Shown: positions 23,803-37,292, counted from the stretch's first letter. The stretch is DNA of 64,000 bases from Octopus sinensis (GCF_006345805.1 NC_043006.1:38068001-38132000); one strand, 5' to 3'. Notes: a model not told the origin generated them from the letters alone. Numbers and translations: made by a program.

Positions 23803-24190
23803 TCCGGAGGTGCAATGGCCCAGTAGTTAGGGCAGCAGGCTTGCAGTTGTAGGATCACAGTTTTGATTCCCAGGCCGGGCATTGGGAGTGTTTACTGAGC
23901 GAAAACACTTAAAGCTCCACGAAGCTCCGGCAGGGGGTGGTGGCGAACCTTGCTATACTCTTTCACCACAACTTTTTCTCACTCTTTCTTCCTGTTTCTG
24001 TTGTATCTGTATTTCAAAGAGCCAGCCTTGTCACACTCTGTGTTATGCTGAAACTCCCTGAGAACTATGTCAAGGGTACACATGTCTATGGAGTGCTCAG
24101 CCACTTTCACATTAATTTCACAAGCAGGTTGTTCCATTGATTGGATCAACTGGAACCCTTGTCGTCGTAATCAATGGAGTGCCACAATCA
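23803..24190 (+). mobile_element. tRNA-headed SINE family D
   Basis: GCAATGGCCCAGTAGTTAGGGC A-box and GTTTTGATTCCC B-box-like, followed by about 300 bp of body. Single copy here. Confidence 0.5.
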
Positions 24191-24329
24191 TATATCTCAA
24201 AAAGAAGCATGCTCTAAAGAACATAGTAGTAATGTATTTATATGCAGTTATGTTGTCCATGGGGCTAATCCCTCTACATATCCGAAACCACTGGTCACTC
24301 TATGACAGGACATATACTTAACGGCATAA

Positions 24330-24384
<55 letters not shown>

Positions 24385-24751
24385 TATGTATGTGTGTATA
24401 TACATTGTTGTGTCTAAGGAGGGTCATTATGCCAATAAAAATTTAAATGAACACATACAATGTAGAAAATGAGGTGTGTGTGTGTGTGTACATATATATA
24501 TATATATATATGTATATTTATATATAGATAGATATATTTGTATGTATATATATACATATATATATTTGTATATATATAGTACAAAGTAAGACAGGGGTTA
24601 TGAGGGTAACCCACAATGGGATATCAGTTATCCAATATACTGCTGGTGAAGCACCCAAATGCCAAATACATAAATGCTTATAACTGTAATGCAATTAATT
24701 CATTTATTGTATCGGATGGGCGAAGGTAAAATATTTTACCGTAAATTCATA

Positions 24752-24938
24752 ATACAAATAAGAAAATGGAGGAACAAATTCATTTCAATCATCAACTTAC
24801 AGATATTACCATTTCATATTATTTATTAACTATATAAATATGAATGTTCCTATTTATATAGTTAATAAATAATATGAAAGGTAATATCTGTAAGTTGATG
24901 ACTGAAATGAATTTGTTCCACCATTTTCTTATTTGTAT
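24752..24938. repeat. Near-perfect 89-bp-arm palindrome, 10-nt loop
   Basis: Arms 24752-24840 and 24851-24938 differ by two substitutions and one indel. Confidence 0.95.
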
Positions 24939-24960
24939 ATACATATATATATTTGTATAT

Positions 24961-24993
<33 letters not shown>

Positions 24994-25802
24994 GAAACCA
25001 ATAATCCACTCTGATGATAAGACTGGTGGCTTGTGTTTACTTGTTGATGATTATACTTTATACAAGAAAACTTAGAGTAGCAATGGAGTGAATCAAGAGC
25101 TTTGAATGAATAAGCTCCACTGCATGTATTGAATACATCTTCTCACAAACATGTGTTTGCTTGTGTGTAAGTGTGTACGGATGTTAAACAACGACAACGA
25201 CTATGATGATGATATATATAACAAAGCTAATAGTGAAAAATTATCAATCTGGGTATAATACTTCATAAGCATTCTGTTGGCACACCAGGCTAACAATATT
25301 CCCTTCATCAGAGACGGTGTGAGAGGCTGGTTAAGTAATAGTTAATTTAGATAGGATACAAAATAGAGAGTAAGCTGGAGGAAAGAAAATAGATGTGAGA
25401 TATGTAGGTATATTGAAGTTGTAGATCCATTTTTTAGGGCACACATACACACAGATATATATATATATATATATATCTGTGTGTATGTGTGTGTCCTAAT
25501 GTTTGTGTTTGTTCTCCATCATTGGTGTTGGTGGGTTTACATGCCTGTAATTTAGTGGTTCAGCAAAAGATACTACCAGAATATGTACCAGGCTTTAAAG
25601 AAAAAAAAGGTACTTGGGGTCGATTCATTTGACTAAAATCCCCCAAGGCAGTGCTTGAGCATGGCTGCAGTCTAATGACTGAAACCAGTAAAAGATAAAA
25701 ATGTGTGATGAAGCAAACTCCAAAGAGACTAGCAGTGGCTGGTACTGACAAGACTTGTACTATTTGTTAAAATTAATAAAAAGAGTGGAATGAACTTGCG
25801 GT

Positions 25803-26007
25803 GAAGAGTGGAAAGTCTAATGTTTCAGAATGTCCTTCTTGAAGGCAAAGTTAATAGGAGAAACATTAATGAAAGGCAGCAGAGTTTTGCAACATCCATG
25901 TTAGAAAAACTGGCTGCAACCTAGAGGTCATAACCTCATTCATTTCTCCCCTATCAACTTTTCCCTGAAGAAGGACTTTATCCCATATGTTGGATTTTCC
26001 ACTGCTC
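25803..26007. repeat. Old fold-back with hammerhead-like remnants in both arms (Penelope-like)
   Basis: 25803-25872 is roughly the reverse complement of 25936-26007. Right arm contains CCTGAAGAAGGAC. Confidence 0.55.
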
Positions 26008-26594
26008 TAGCTGAGTACACTGCACTCTTTTACTATACATGTGTGTGTGAGTGTGTGTGTGTGTGCATTTTTTATCGTAATATTGTCAAAAGCTATTACT
26101 CATGATGCTTCAAGATGAAGTATCAACAAGACATCTTGTGTATAGACATTTGAGTGAGTTTCTGTGACCTTATGGAATGAAGTAATTGAATTGAACAAGA
26201 CACGCAGATACACAAAAATAAAGAAATAAAATAAAAGGTCAACAACAAATAGAAAAATATATTTTCCCAATTAAACAGAAATGAATAATAAAAGAAAATA
26301 AATACTCCCATAAAAAAAGGTGCAGAAACTATTTATAAACTGGATTTTATTTTTGAAAATGTCTTTTTTATATAATCGATTATTATCATCATCATCATTA
26401 TTATTATTTTCATTATTTTATGGTAATTGACGTGATCAGTTTTGTGTAAAATAAAATCAAAAATTAATTCTCAACATGCATATTTGTGTGTGTGTGTGTG
26501 TCAATAATTACTATGGCGACTATTTGGAAAGGTTAACGGATAAAGAAAATGTCCTTAAGCACATGAGATGACAGGCCTTCTTCCCGTGTTTCAG

Positions 26595-26790
26595 TTATCA
26601 TTATCATTTAATATCCGTTTTCCATGCTGGCATGGGGTGGACAGTTTGACAGAAGCTAGCAAGGCCAGGAGCAGCATCAGACTCCATTGTTTTAGCATAG
26701 TTTCTACAACTGGATGCCCTTCCCTGCGCCAACAATTTTACAGCGTACTGGGTGCTTTTTCCATGCCACTAGGACCAGTGCTTTTTACAT
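26595..26790 (-). mobile_element. RTE LINE 3'UTR fragment
   Basis: TTTCCATGCTGGCATGGG tail motif, CTGGATGCCCTTCC, GGTGCTTTTT modules. Confidence 0.65.
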
Positions 26791-27851
26791 GGCATATATA
26801 TATATATATACAGGAAACAACAAGATATGTAGGAACAAACAAGAGAAATAAGACTTAATACAGGAGGGTAAACACACACACACACACACACACATGTATA
26901 GTTAGCTGTTCTGTTAAGGTGGGATCAACAAAAAAACTACTCCCATCCAGTCAGAGCTAAATATCATTTAATGAGCCCTAAGCCTGATGATTGCTTGGAG
27001 ACACAAGGCACATTATATAAATCTGCCTAATCACAGTGTCTCTATGGCAAGAAACTTTAGTACCACTAATTTTGAAAACTGTGTACACTGAATCACACAC
27101 ACACACACAAACACATACACACACAGTATTTTATTGAAGCTCGGAGTTTCACATAACCGATCAATCAAAGTTATTCAGACCAATTGCATAAGATACTATT
27201 TTACTCTGCCTTTTGTATTTAAGTACTATTTTCTCTCCTTGTTTTGCACCTATACACTAACATGTACATGCAAACACACACACACTTCATATTTATGATT
27301 CTATCTCTTATGGTGCTTTATTCTTGCCGGAGAGTAACAATATTTTTAATAATATTTATATCTCTTGCATATCTTTTCACTGATCGTGGTTTGAATTTTA
27401 ATTATGATTTTCAACTCAGTAAACAGGCAGAAATGTAGCAAATATTTTGAAATTTCAGTCGTTACTGCACATCCAGCTGATGAGAACCAATCAGATCCGT
27501 GCATATACACACACATTCAGAAGAGTTTGAAAGTGCAGTCTTGGGTCATCCTTTATTCCTCTAATAGTCTTCATAGAGGAAAGACAGAATTTTTGTATAT
27601 TCACCACCCGCAAACATCCCTGCCTGTCCAACATTCAGCAAAGCTCTACATAGCACTGATAACTTATCAGCTGCTGCCTCTAGCAAAGAATGTACTTCGT
27701 GTACATCCACTTCACACACACACACACACATATAAATTTAGTTCTAATATAAGGATAAATTTGTTTTTTTTCAGTAGCCAGCATATTAAAATACCTTTTA
27801 AGGTGAAAATTATAAACAATTATAAATAAGGACAAAAAAAAAATTTCCTAC

Positions 27852-28155
27852 GCCAATATGCTGAAAAATAGACCTTAGATCGTCTAACCACATTCAATAA
27901 TTTTCATTATATTTGGAGTACTTAAATGTACCCATGATTTGCATCTGCTTTTTCCAAGGGTACACATAAGTGTTCTATTTATTTCCGATCGAGTTTCTCG
28001 CTGAAAAAGGAAGAATCCTTGTGGATTAATCCAGAAATTGTCCCAATTCGGGAATAATGAATTTTAAAAATTTCTGTTAGCGTGCTTTCCTTGTTTCAAC
28101 TGACTGTGTATTTATAGTGAAAAATATAGTGTGGTCTATTTTTCAGCATATTGGC
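27852..28155. mobile_element. MITE-like element with perfect 23-bp inverted repeats
   Basis: GCCAATATGCTGAAAAATAGACC (27852-74) and its exact complement (28133-55). No clear TSD. Confidence 0.6.
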
Positions 28156-28210
28156 ATTTTTTCTTTTGCCCTTATTTATAATTATATATTTATATATATA
28201 TGTATGTATG

Positions 28211-28516
28211 TGCACAGTTTGTGACAGACCATGCCTTTCATTGGCTTGCCTCAAATCTCATTTGCAAACCCATGGAAAACGAACCTCCACCAATTACTCT
28301 ACCTATATATCTGTGCACATCTTTCAATGCCGTGTATGCCACAATGTCTGCAAATGTAATGGAGGCCTCAAAAGACATTTTAAGATCCATAAAGATCAGA
28401 ACTTATCTGCAGCTCTTGGAGGACCAAATTGGATATGCAATCTATGTGGGTGTCTTTTCAAAACATTGTCTGGTTTAAAAAGCTACATCAGATGCCACGG
28501 CGGTTCTAAGGTGTAG
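28211..28516 (+). pseudogene. Three C2H2 zinc fingers, probably the C-terminus of an RTE-type LINE ORF2
   Basis: Two intact CxxC-x12-H-x3-H fingers; the third has H>Y. No TGEKP linkers. GLKSH/GLKRH motifs. Short 3' sequence then (TA)n. The upstream ORF part is microsatellite/TIR. Confidence 0.6.
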
Positions 28517-28556
28517 GTACAAGAGGTGGTAAAACTCTGCATAAGGAGCAGACAAC

Positions 28557-28602
<46 letters not shown>

Positions 28603-28605
<3 letters not shown>

Positions 28606-28862
28606 CATGCCTGTGCCATTGGCACATAAAAAGCACCATTCCAGCATGGTCAATACTAGTACCGCCTGACTGGCCCTCATGCCGGTGGCGCATAAAAAGC
28701 ATCTACTACACTCATGGAGAGGTCGGCATTAGGAAAGGCACACACTGTAGAAAATTTGCCAGATCAAATTGGAGCCTGGTTCAGCCTCCTGGTATGCCAG
28801 TCCTCAGTCAAACCATCCAACCCATGCCAGCATGGAAAGCGGACATTAAACAACGATGATGA
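28603..28862 (+). mobile_element. RTE LINE 3'UTR fragment
   Basis: Two AAAAAGCA modules, AGGAAAGGCA, CCCATGCCAGCATGGAAAGCGGAC, (GAT)n. Confidence 0.7.
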
Positions 28863-29360
28863 TAGTATATAACAGGCTCTGGATTTGATTTAATTGGCTA
28901 CACATATTTCTGAAGAAAATTTCTGGTTATAACATTGAATAATAGTGATAACAATTGATATTAATGAAGTTGCTAATTTTGCCTCTATTTTTGTTCATTA
29001 TGCTCACAATAAACTATCGATAGTATCACAGGATGAAACAGAATATCGTATGATGAAGTTAATTTGGATATCTTAAGGGAAGAGAATACATTGGTTGAGA
29101 TGATGATTCTTGTTATTTACTACCAACCCTTAAGGAAATTGAACTCTGCAACACAAACAAAGAAAGCAGTCTGTAATTGTAGAGTAGTCTCATCAGCATT
29201 GATCTACTACTAATGTTAAATATGCAATAGTATGTATGTGTGTGTGTGCGTGCATGCGTGCTTTTGTGTGTAGATTAACAGATAGATAGGCAGATTGATA
29301 AACAGATATATACACATATATCGAGAGAGAGAGAGATAGAGATAGCTAGATAGATAGAAA

Positions 29361-29424
<64 letters not shown>

Positions 29425-29438
29425 TATTATTATTATTA

Positions 29439-29470
<32 letters not shown>

Positions 29471-29744
29471 TAAAACAGTGTGATTTGGCTCCAAGTTTTG
29501 CAGGTTTCTAACAGAAACCTGGCTCATTCAGGATTAGATTACAGAATGGAGAAACAGGGGAAGTTCAAGATGGCTATTGGAAAATGGGCTGCTACTGAAC
29601 AAAGCGGGTCACGTGGTGTTGTTAGAGGTGAAATTGGCATTTCAGCAACACCAGATGCATTAGAAAGGAGAATTTCTTGGACCACATGATCAGAAAGAAA
29701 ATTGGTGACTATCATGTATATAATACACATACATACACACACAA

Positions 29745-30120
29745 ATATTTGCAGGATAAAGTGGCAAAATAAAGTTGGTTCAGATGAAAGATGATAGGCT
29801 CCTCAAACAACTGTTCTATGGTCAGCTTTGAAAAAACAAATATCTTGTACGCTATCCCCTCTTAAATAACAAGGCTAAGCTTCAGTATATTTTCAAGCTT
29901 TTGGGAAGACCTTGCTGAAAACTGAAATGAATGGGAAGAAATGTCTGTCACTAGTTTAAAATAGTTTGAAGTGAGTAGACAGAAAGATTGCAATCAACTT
30001 TGTGCAGATGTTAAGTGGAAGGACCAACAAGAACCTGTTTCAAATGATTTCATTTATGGTGATGATGGGTATGTAGCATGCAGTAAGGAAAGGCTCAATT
30101 CCCACAGTACAAAAGCATAA
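29745..30120 (+). pseudogene. RTE-clade LINE ORF2 C-terminal remnant
   Basis: NICRIKWQNKV, VQMKDDRLLKQLFYGQL and WEDLAEN motifs, plus a decayed terminal finger (..SKERLNSH..). Confidence 0.6.
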
Positions 30121-32309
30121 TCATACTCAGGTTTACTGGTCTGCACCATAAAACATCTCTTACCTGCTAACCAATGCTCAACCCAAGAGCAAAGTAAAGA
30201 TACCAAGCTGTAGAACCCACATCTGTTATTTGCAACAGGAGAATCTGCCATAGTAATAATAATAATAATAACCTATGGATGGAATTTGTAAATATTTTAA
30301 TGCATACATTTATATTTATAAATTCCAACAATGGATTATCATTATTATTATTATTACTATATTTATCCTACATTGTATCGGTACAACTCAGTACAACCCC
30401 CAAAAAACTGCTATTGCCAGTTGGTATCATTAGGTTGTAGACGACATAATAAAATAGGACCTTTTATGTGTATATTCAAAAATGTTTCCTGTAAACAAAC
30501 TTAAAGGCGGTATATATATATATATATATATTTATATAGGAAAGAACAAATAGAGTCAAAAAGAAGAGGGAGTATGATTCGACAGCTGCTTAATGACCCC
30601 TACACATGTTTCGATACAACATAGATCCACATATATACAGGATTTAAAATTTAAATTAAGCAATGATTTACCTGTATAATAGGACCTAGTTGTATCTCCT
30701 CACTGTCGCCATAAATAAATGTTTGATTTCAATGCTATGACTTCCAACTGGCTCCTTTGAATCTAGTAGATGCTAACAGTTTCAATTCGCTCAGTGTGAG
30801 CGTGCCTCTACACACTCAACATGAGCTGCACATGCTAAATTTTATTATTTTACAAATACATTCAAACATACGCTCATACATATACAATCAGTCACACAGA
30901 TATACCACTACATCTCTGGGCACCCCCATACATACACGCACACACACACACTCATGTACATACACACACACCAGCCAGCCATGATCTTTCTTTCTTGGCC
31001 TGACTGCTGACCGTCAGCACCTCGTGTGTCCATCTCCCATGTTCCTACCTTTAGGCTTTCACTTCATACACGACAGCTCAATTTGATTTATTCTCAGTCA
31101 AAAGACACCTGTTGTTATTTCTAGTTTGTATTTGTAATTGTGTACCATATTCTCCGCTTTTTTGTTTATTTGTTTTTTGTCTTTGCTGCTGTACACATTT
31201 GCTAGCTTACTTACAAAGGGATCTAATGCTCTTAGCTTGGACTTTTTTTTTTGAGGGAGGGTGGGCGCAACCAGATCGAACCATCGCAAGTGTAATTGCT
31301 CAAAATGGTCATGACTCCTAGGACTTGACTGATGAAAGAAAGCCAAGAATGAGCCCTCTTTTTCTGCCTGTCCTAATTGTTGTTTCTCTTGTCAACCTTT
31401 GTACCATCTATCTGTCCGAATATTTTAATGCCCTCTATTGCGTTTTTGTTCCATAAATATAGTAGTTATGTAAGTGCCAAATCTGATTTAAATTGTAGAT
31501 CCAGTTCTGGAGTTGGTTGCAGGTGTGATAGGGTATAAAAAGAGAACACAAATAATGTTTAAAGTTTACATATACATATATACATTTGTGTGTGTGTGTG
31601 TCTGTGTGCACACGCGTGTGTATGTATGTATAGGATTGAATTGTAAGTTTTTCCTTTATGAATGGATGTAAAAAGGAGTATATGTTTTTCTCACACAAGT
31701 AGAAGTGTACAAAAAAGAAAAGAAATTGAATATGTACTTCAAGAAAATTTATTTACAATTATTTAAATTCCTTCACAATACTCATGATTTTCAAAAGTAG
31801 TGAATTATGGAGTCCTGAGGCTATACCATATTCTAAATTTTTAGTGGTTGTTTATCACAGAGTGTTTGTGCTGTAGTTCTTCATATCTGGTTGACAGTGC
31901 CAACTGTCAAAGCAAGCTGCTTGTCCGAGTTTATGCTTGATTGTTTCAAAAAAACGACTCTTTTTATATACAGGTATATGCATCAAAAATAATATATGCA
32001 TCAAATACTAATTGAAGGATAATGCAACTGATATTTTGTTATGAAAACTTCAAAGTTACTGTCAACCACTGCCTTGTAAATATTCATACATATATGTATA
32101 TACTTTTTTTTTTAATTAAAAATTGAGCTAGAATTTCAAGCCAAGATCAGAGTAGCATGAAACTTGAGTTGCAAGACAAACTCACAGCTTCAGGTTTATT
32201 TTTAAAAAGTCCATAGCCTCTACTACATATACTGAACTCTTTCTCATTCATACAACATTGAGCAACACACACACAAATATATATATATATGTGTGTGTGT
32301 GTGTGTATA

Positions 32310-32379
<70 letters not shown>

Positions 32380-32390
<11 letters not shown>

Positions 32391-32720
32391 CATACATATA
32401 ACATAAATATCAAAGTAGGAGATTGGAGAATTTTAGGGTATTATCTATTCACTGCTACATGTGATTCATTTGCTAATATGAGTTACAAAATTGTACATGT
32501 AGTAGAAATATGTAGGATGTTTCCTGCTCGAGATTCTTCAGACAGCGAATCAAAGTGTTATTTGATTTTCTGTCTGAACAATTTCTAATAAGAGGAATCT
32601 TAAACGCTTTCCTACATGTACAATTTATAATTCCTATTAGCAAATGAAACACATGTAATGATGAATCATAGCCCAATTTTTTCATCATCTCTAGCTTTGA
32701 TGTGTAATTATCCTGCAAAT
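32380..32720 (-). pseudogene. Possible decayed Penelope GIY-YIG region
   Basis: Minus RNCSDRKSNNTLIRCLKNLEQETSYI loosely resembles the FNCxSxNxIYLIxCxxC..YIGET segment. Confidence 0.3.
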
Positions 32721-33555
32721 GCTATTTTGCAGTATTTGTGAACTTTTATGCATGTTTCACATAATTATAACATCTACACACACAAACACACACAAACATG
32801 CACATTAAGTGGAAATTAAGATAAATACCAGTATAAATATTTAGTTCCTGCACACATTTCACCCACCATGGCATTTATTTGGAACTTGGAATTGGATATC
32901 CGATTGGTTGTTCCCTAGTTGATCTATTGTGGCTATGCATCCAAATGTACTCGGAACATCCAGATACTGAGTCGCAAATAACTGCCAAGGTGAAATGTAT
33001 GCTGGGAGTAAATGCTTATACTGGTATTTATCTTGATTTTCCACTACATATGCTCTGTATATCATAACAGATATCACTGCTAAGAACCATGGTCAACTAA
33101 CCCCTACACTGGAAGCTGACAAGGTAATGATAATTTACATAGGGCTCCAACTCATACAGAAGTAGTTGAACATCTAACTGCACACACAAGATATATAACC
33201 ATTTTATTGATAATGATTGTATACTATACGACAGTAGTATGAATAAGTTGTATTCAGTTAAACTTCAAAGTTACAGTCAAAAAAATTATTAGAAATAGCA
33301 AGTTCTACACTTACATTTAGTTTTTTTATTCTCTCTGTGTTCAATATTTTTGTGCATATAAAAGCACTAATTAACAAATAACTATCTAGCTTTCTCTCTC
33401 ATATATATATATATATATTCAAGTAAGGGTTATAAACCTCATTAAGGGATAATAAAACCCATTGAAAATACTGGTTAGTTACCAATCCATAGAAAGTTCA
33501 ACTATAAGGTAACAATATAAACCATAGTTCATGTATTTATATATTTAAAGATTAA

Positions 33556-33848
33556 AGAGAAAATGGAGAGGAAATTAATAAAATATTATTCATTCATTAT
33601 AAAGTAAGAGAATATTTCTGACATCTGTTTCGATTCAGTAATCTTTAGATAATTAATTTATAAAATTAAAATCGTTATAAGATGAATATCTTCAAAAGTA
33701 GTAAAGCTATACCAATTAGAAATACAAGCTGAGATTCATTTTATAAATTAATTATCTAAAGATTACTGAACTAAAACAGCTGTCAGAGGTGTTGTCATAT
33801 TTTATATCTAATAAATAATATTTTAGCAATTACCTCTCCATTTTCTCC
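33556..33848. repeat. Fold-back with about 110-bp arms (Penelope-like tails)
   Basis: 33-bp perfect inverted core (33634-66 vs 33738-70). AAACAGCTGTC motif. Confidence 0.85.
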
Positions 33849-33854
33849 TTATTC

Positions 33855-33885
<31 letters not shown>

Positions 33886-33923
33886 CATCATCATTTAACG
33901 TCCGCTTTCCATGCTAGCATGGG

Positions 33924-33969
<46 letters not shown>

Positions 33970-34199
33970 TTACATATGCATATATATGCACACCCATGCA
34001 GTAATGGATTCGCAAAAAGTAGAACGGTTTTATCATAAGAGAGGCCAACAAAATGCCTTGTTTTTTTAGTAACAGTTCTTTATATTCTGAGTTTTTGGAG
34101 TTGAAAAACTAATTGAATCAGAGGGGATTTATATTCCAAAATTGCTTTAGAGATGTTTATGGATTTATAATACAGGAAGAACAAGGGAAAAGATGTAAA

Positions 34200-34273
34200 T
34201 AAATCTTTCAAACACACACACACACATACATACACTTATACATATATATAGAATATACATACACAAACATATA

Positions 34274-34351
<78 letters not shown>

Positions 34352-34494
34352 AATATACACACATAAAAATAGATGCATGTATATATATACATACATATCT
34401 ATATACATACATGCACATACACACACATACACACACACACACACATATATATATGCACATATACATATATATATATATATATACACACACATGT

Positions 34495-34529
<35 letters not shown>

Positions 34530-34820
34530 TGTATATATACATATACATATACATATACATATATATATATATACACACACATGTATATATATATATATAT
34601 GGCGTTAGGAAGGGCATCCAGCTGTAGAAACATTGCCAGATTAGACTGGAGCCTGGTGCAGCCTTCTGGCTTCCCAGAACCCCGGTCGAACCGTCCAACC
34701 CATGCTAGCATGGAGAACGGACGTTAAACGATGATGATGATGATATACATATACACATATACATATATACACATATACATATATATATACACACACATAC
34801 ATATATATACATATATATGT
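34200..34820. repeat. Microsatellite block with an embedded RTE 3' end (34601-34742, +)
   Basis: (TA)/(CATATA)n. GGCGTTAGGAAGGGCATCCAGCTG...ACGTTAAACGATGATGATG. Confidence 0.85.
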
Positions 34821-35010
34821 TGATTCGCTAGCCTCTGCATGCATTTTTTTTCTCTCCTGGTTTCTTTCTGTGTATATTTCTGTTGAAGAGCGTAGGCTCG
34901 AAATGTAAAAGACTTGTTTTATTTATATTCCTGAGCACCATACTAATACAATTGTTTGTTTGTATTCCACCTGCCTTCGTCTTTTGTTTATTTTCATAAA
35001 GCTTCCCATT
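34820..35010 (+). mobile_element. Penelope-like tail with degenerate hammerhead-like motif (34876-34912)
   Basis: UUU-CUGUUGA-A-GAGC-guag-GCUC-GAA-AUGU-A-AAA. A6 is mutated. Confidence 0.35.
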
Positions 35011-35149
35011 ATATACATACATACATATATACATACATATTTACATTCACACACACATATATATATATATATATGCATGCAAATGGTGGTGCCCCAGCAT
35101 GGCCACAGCTCGTGAGCTGAAACTAGAATCAATCAAATGTAATACAATT

Positions 35150-35765
35150 ATATATTTAAAAAAACAAACAAAGATATCTGAAAATGTTGGCTCTGTGGAA
35201 AGACAACTTTATTTAAATGTCAAAAATTTGTTCAAACTGGTGGCCTTCAACACATATCCTATTTGATTTCATTGATTTCACTTCAAGAATTTTGAATTCT
35301 CACTTGGGAATATCTGTAGCACTATCACACGTCGATATGATTGCTTTCTTTAATACATTGATTGTTTCAGATTGATTCATATAGATTACTGATGACCCAC
35401 ACTCACACATACGCCATCATGTCTGGAAAATCAAATTGGTCATTCAACAAGATTTTTTTTCACAATCTATGTTTTTGAAAAAGTTTCATATAAATAATTC
35501 CTCAACCAAATTGAAAAAAAAGAATGTACTTGGGTATCACGTTGTAAAAATATTTTACACTATTCTAACAGAAATGTCATCCAATTCTCTTTTTAAAAAA
35601 AAAGATTGTAATATATTGATGTATGCTTCTCTGGTAACATTATTGTCAAAAACATACAGACTGGTTATACTTTCACAGAATAGTTCTGGCTAAACCATAA
35701 TTGTTACATAAGAAGAATGTATATAAAAAGAAATTTTTATGGATTCAGACTATTGGACCACTCTG
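35150..35765 (-). mobile_element. Possible decayed Tc1-like element
   Basis: Right end CAGACTATTGGACCACTCTG|TA. Minus strand LKKAII...VKSMKSNRI weakly resembles a Tc1 C-terminus. Confidence 0.3.
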
Positions 35766-36097
35766 TATATTATATATATAACCATACATGGAAAAAAAAT
35801 CTGCTTCATTTTTATATGTGCAACAATTTTGGGTGTATTTTTGTAAAATTAACACATACATTGAGTATGTCGCAAATGTATATATAATGAATTACAAAGA
35901 ATGTTGTAAAGTTTTCACCGATAAATAGAAAGATTTGAGATAGTTTACTTATACACACATTGTGTATATATATATATGTATATATATAATCATATATCTT
36001 ACACATTTTACATATATGTATGTATATATATAAATATATATATATATAAATAATATATATATATAAATATATCTTACACATTTTACATATATGTTTG

Positions 36098-36133
<36 letters not shown>

Positions 36134-37249
36134 TATATATATATAATATATATAATATATATATAATTTAATATATATAACATCCATTATATTTGTAGAG
36201 ATAATGTACATAAAAGGACTAAATATATATGTATGTATGTATAGAAAAAGCAATACAAAAGTACATTATATATGATATATATATATACTATATGTGCTAT
36301 ATTATTTATAAGCCATATTGTATATTATTTATAAATATATGTATATAATATATATACATATGCTAGGCAATTTTTTGCCCTGATTTTTTTTCCAGCTTCA
36401 ACACTTTTTCTACAATTTTGCACAATCTTAATCTCTCAGAATTTTACAATTACGTAAAAGACTAATAAGAACAGACTAATATAATGTGAATTCTGTGAAT
36501 AATTGAAAAAAATGTTTTCTTTTGTCTGTTTATCTTGGTATGATGATATTGCATTTGTTTTTTTGTTTGCTTTTTTTTTTGTTTTTGTTGTTCATTTTCC
36601 TCCAGTCTGATATCTTTTATCTTTGAGGTGATAAACACTTCTAATTGCAAAGTTCTCTTCATGCAAACAAAGAAAAAGAAAATACAGCACAGTGTCAAAC
36701 AAAAAACGTAATTATCTTTTTTTATAGGAGAGAATTATATCTCTCTATGTTTTTTTAAACAAACAACAGCCTAACATTGAAAGACTTTACACTGGGATAA
36801 TCCTACGATCTCATTTTTAGTGATATCTAGCTTTCTTTTGGTTGCCTTGGCTTGTATTTTTCTATGTAATTTCAGCTTCATAAAGAAAAAGACTTAATCT
36901 GTCACCTTGCTTAACACCTTCAGCTAATTTTTTGTGTATCTTTCACTAAGTCCATTTTGTTATAAAATCTTAGACCTGGTTAGGTGCAACACTTGAATCC
37001 TGGTTTCTTGCCCCACCCAGCCAAATCAAATTTAGTATATTACTGGTACATATTTTATTCATTTATCTGTTTATTTATTTTGATCTTTGTCAAAAGACAA
37101 AGTTATGTGTAAAGGAAATTTGAACTTGGCATGTAAATGGATGTAACTCAATACCATAAGGAACATTTGAACTTAGATTGTAAAAGAGGACAACGAATTA
37201 TTGCAATGCTTTTCCCCCAATACTGCAAAGATTCTGTCAATCTGTAGAC

Positions 37250-37292
<43 letters not shown>

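Noticed and set aside
36860-36950. Minus-strand GVKQGDRLSLFLY, similar to a non-LTR RT motif
   Set aside because: Isolated motif with no neighbouring RT motifs readable. At most an ancient LINE trace.
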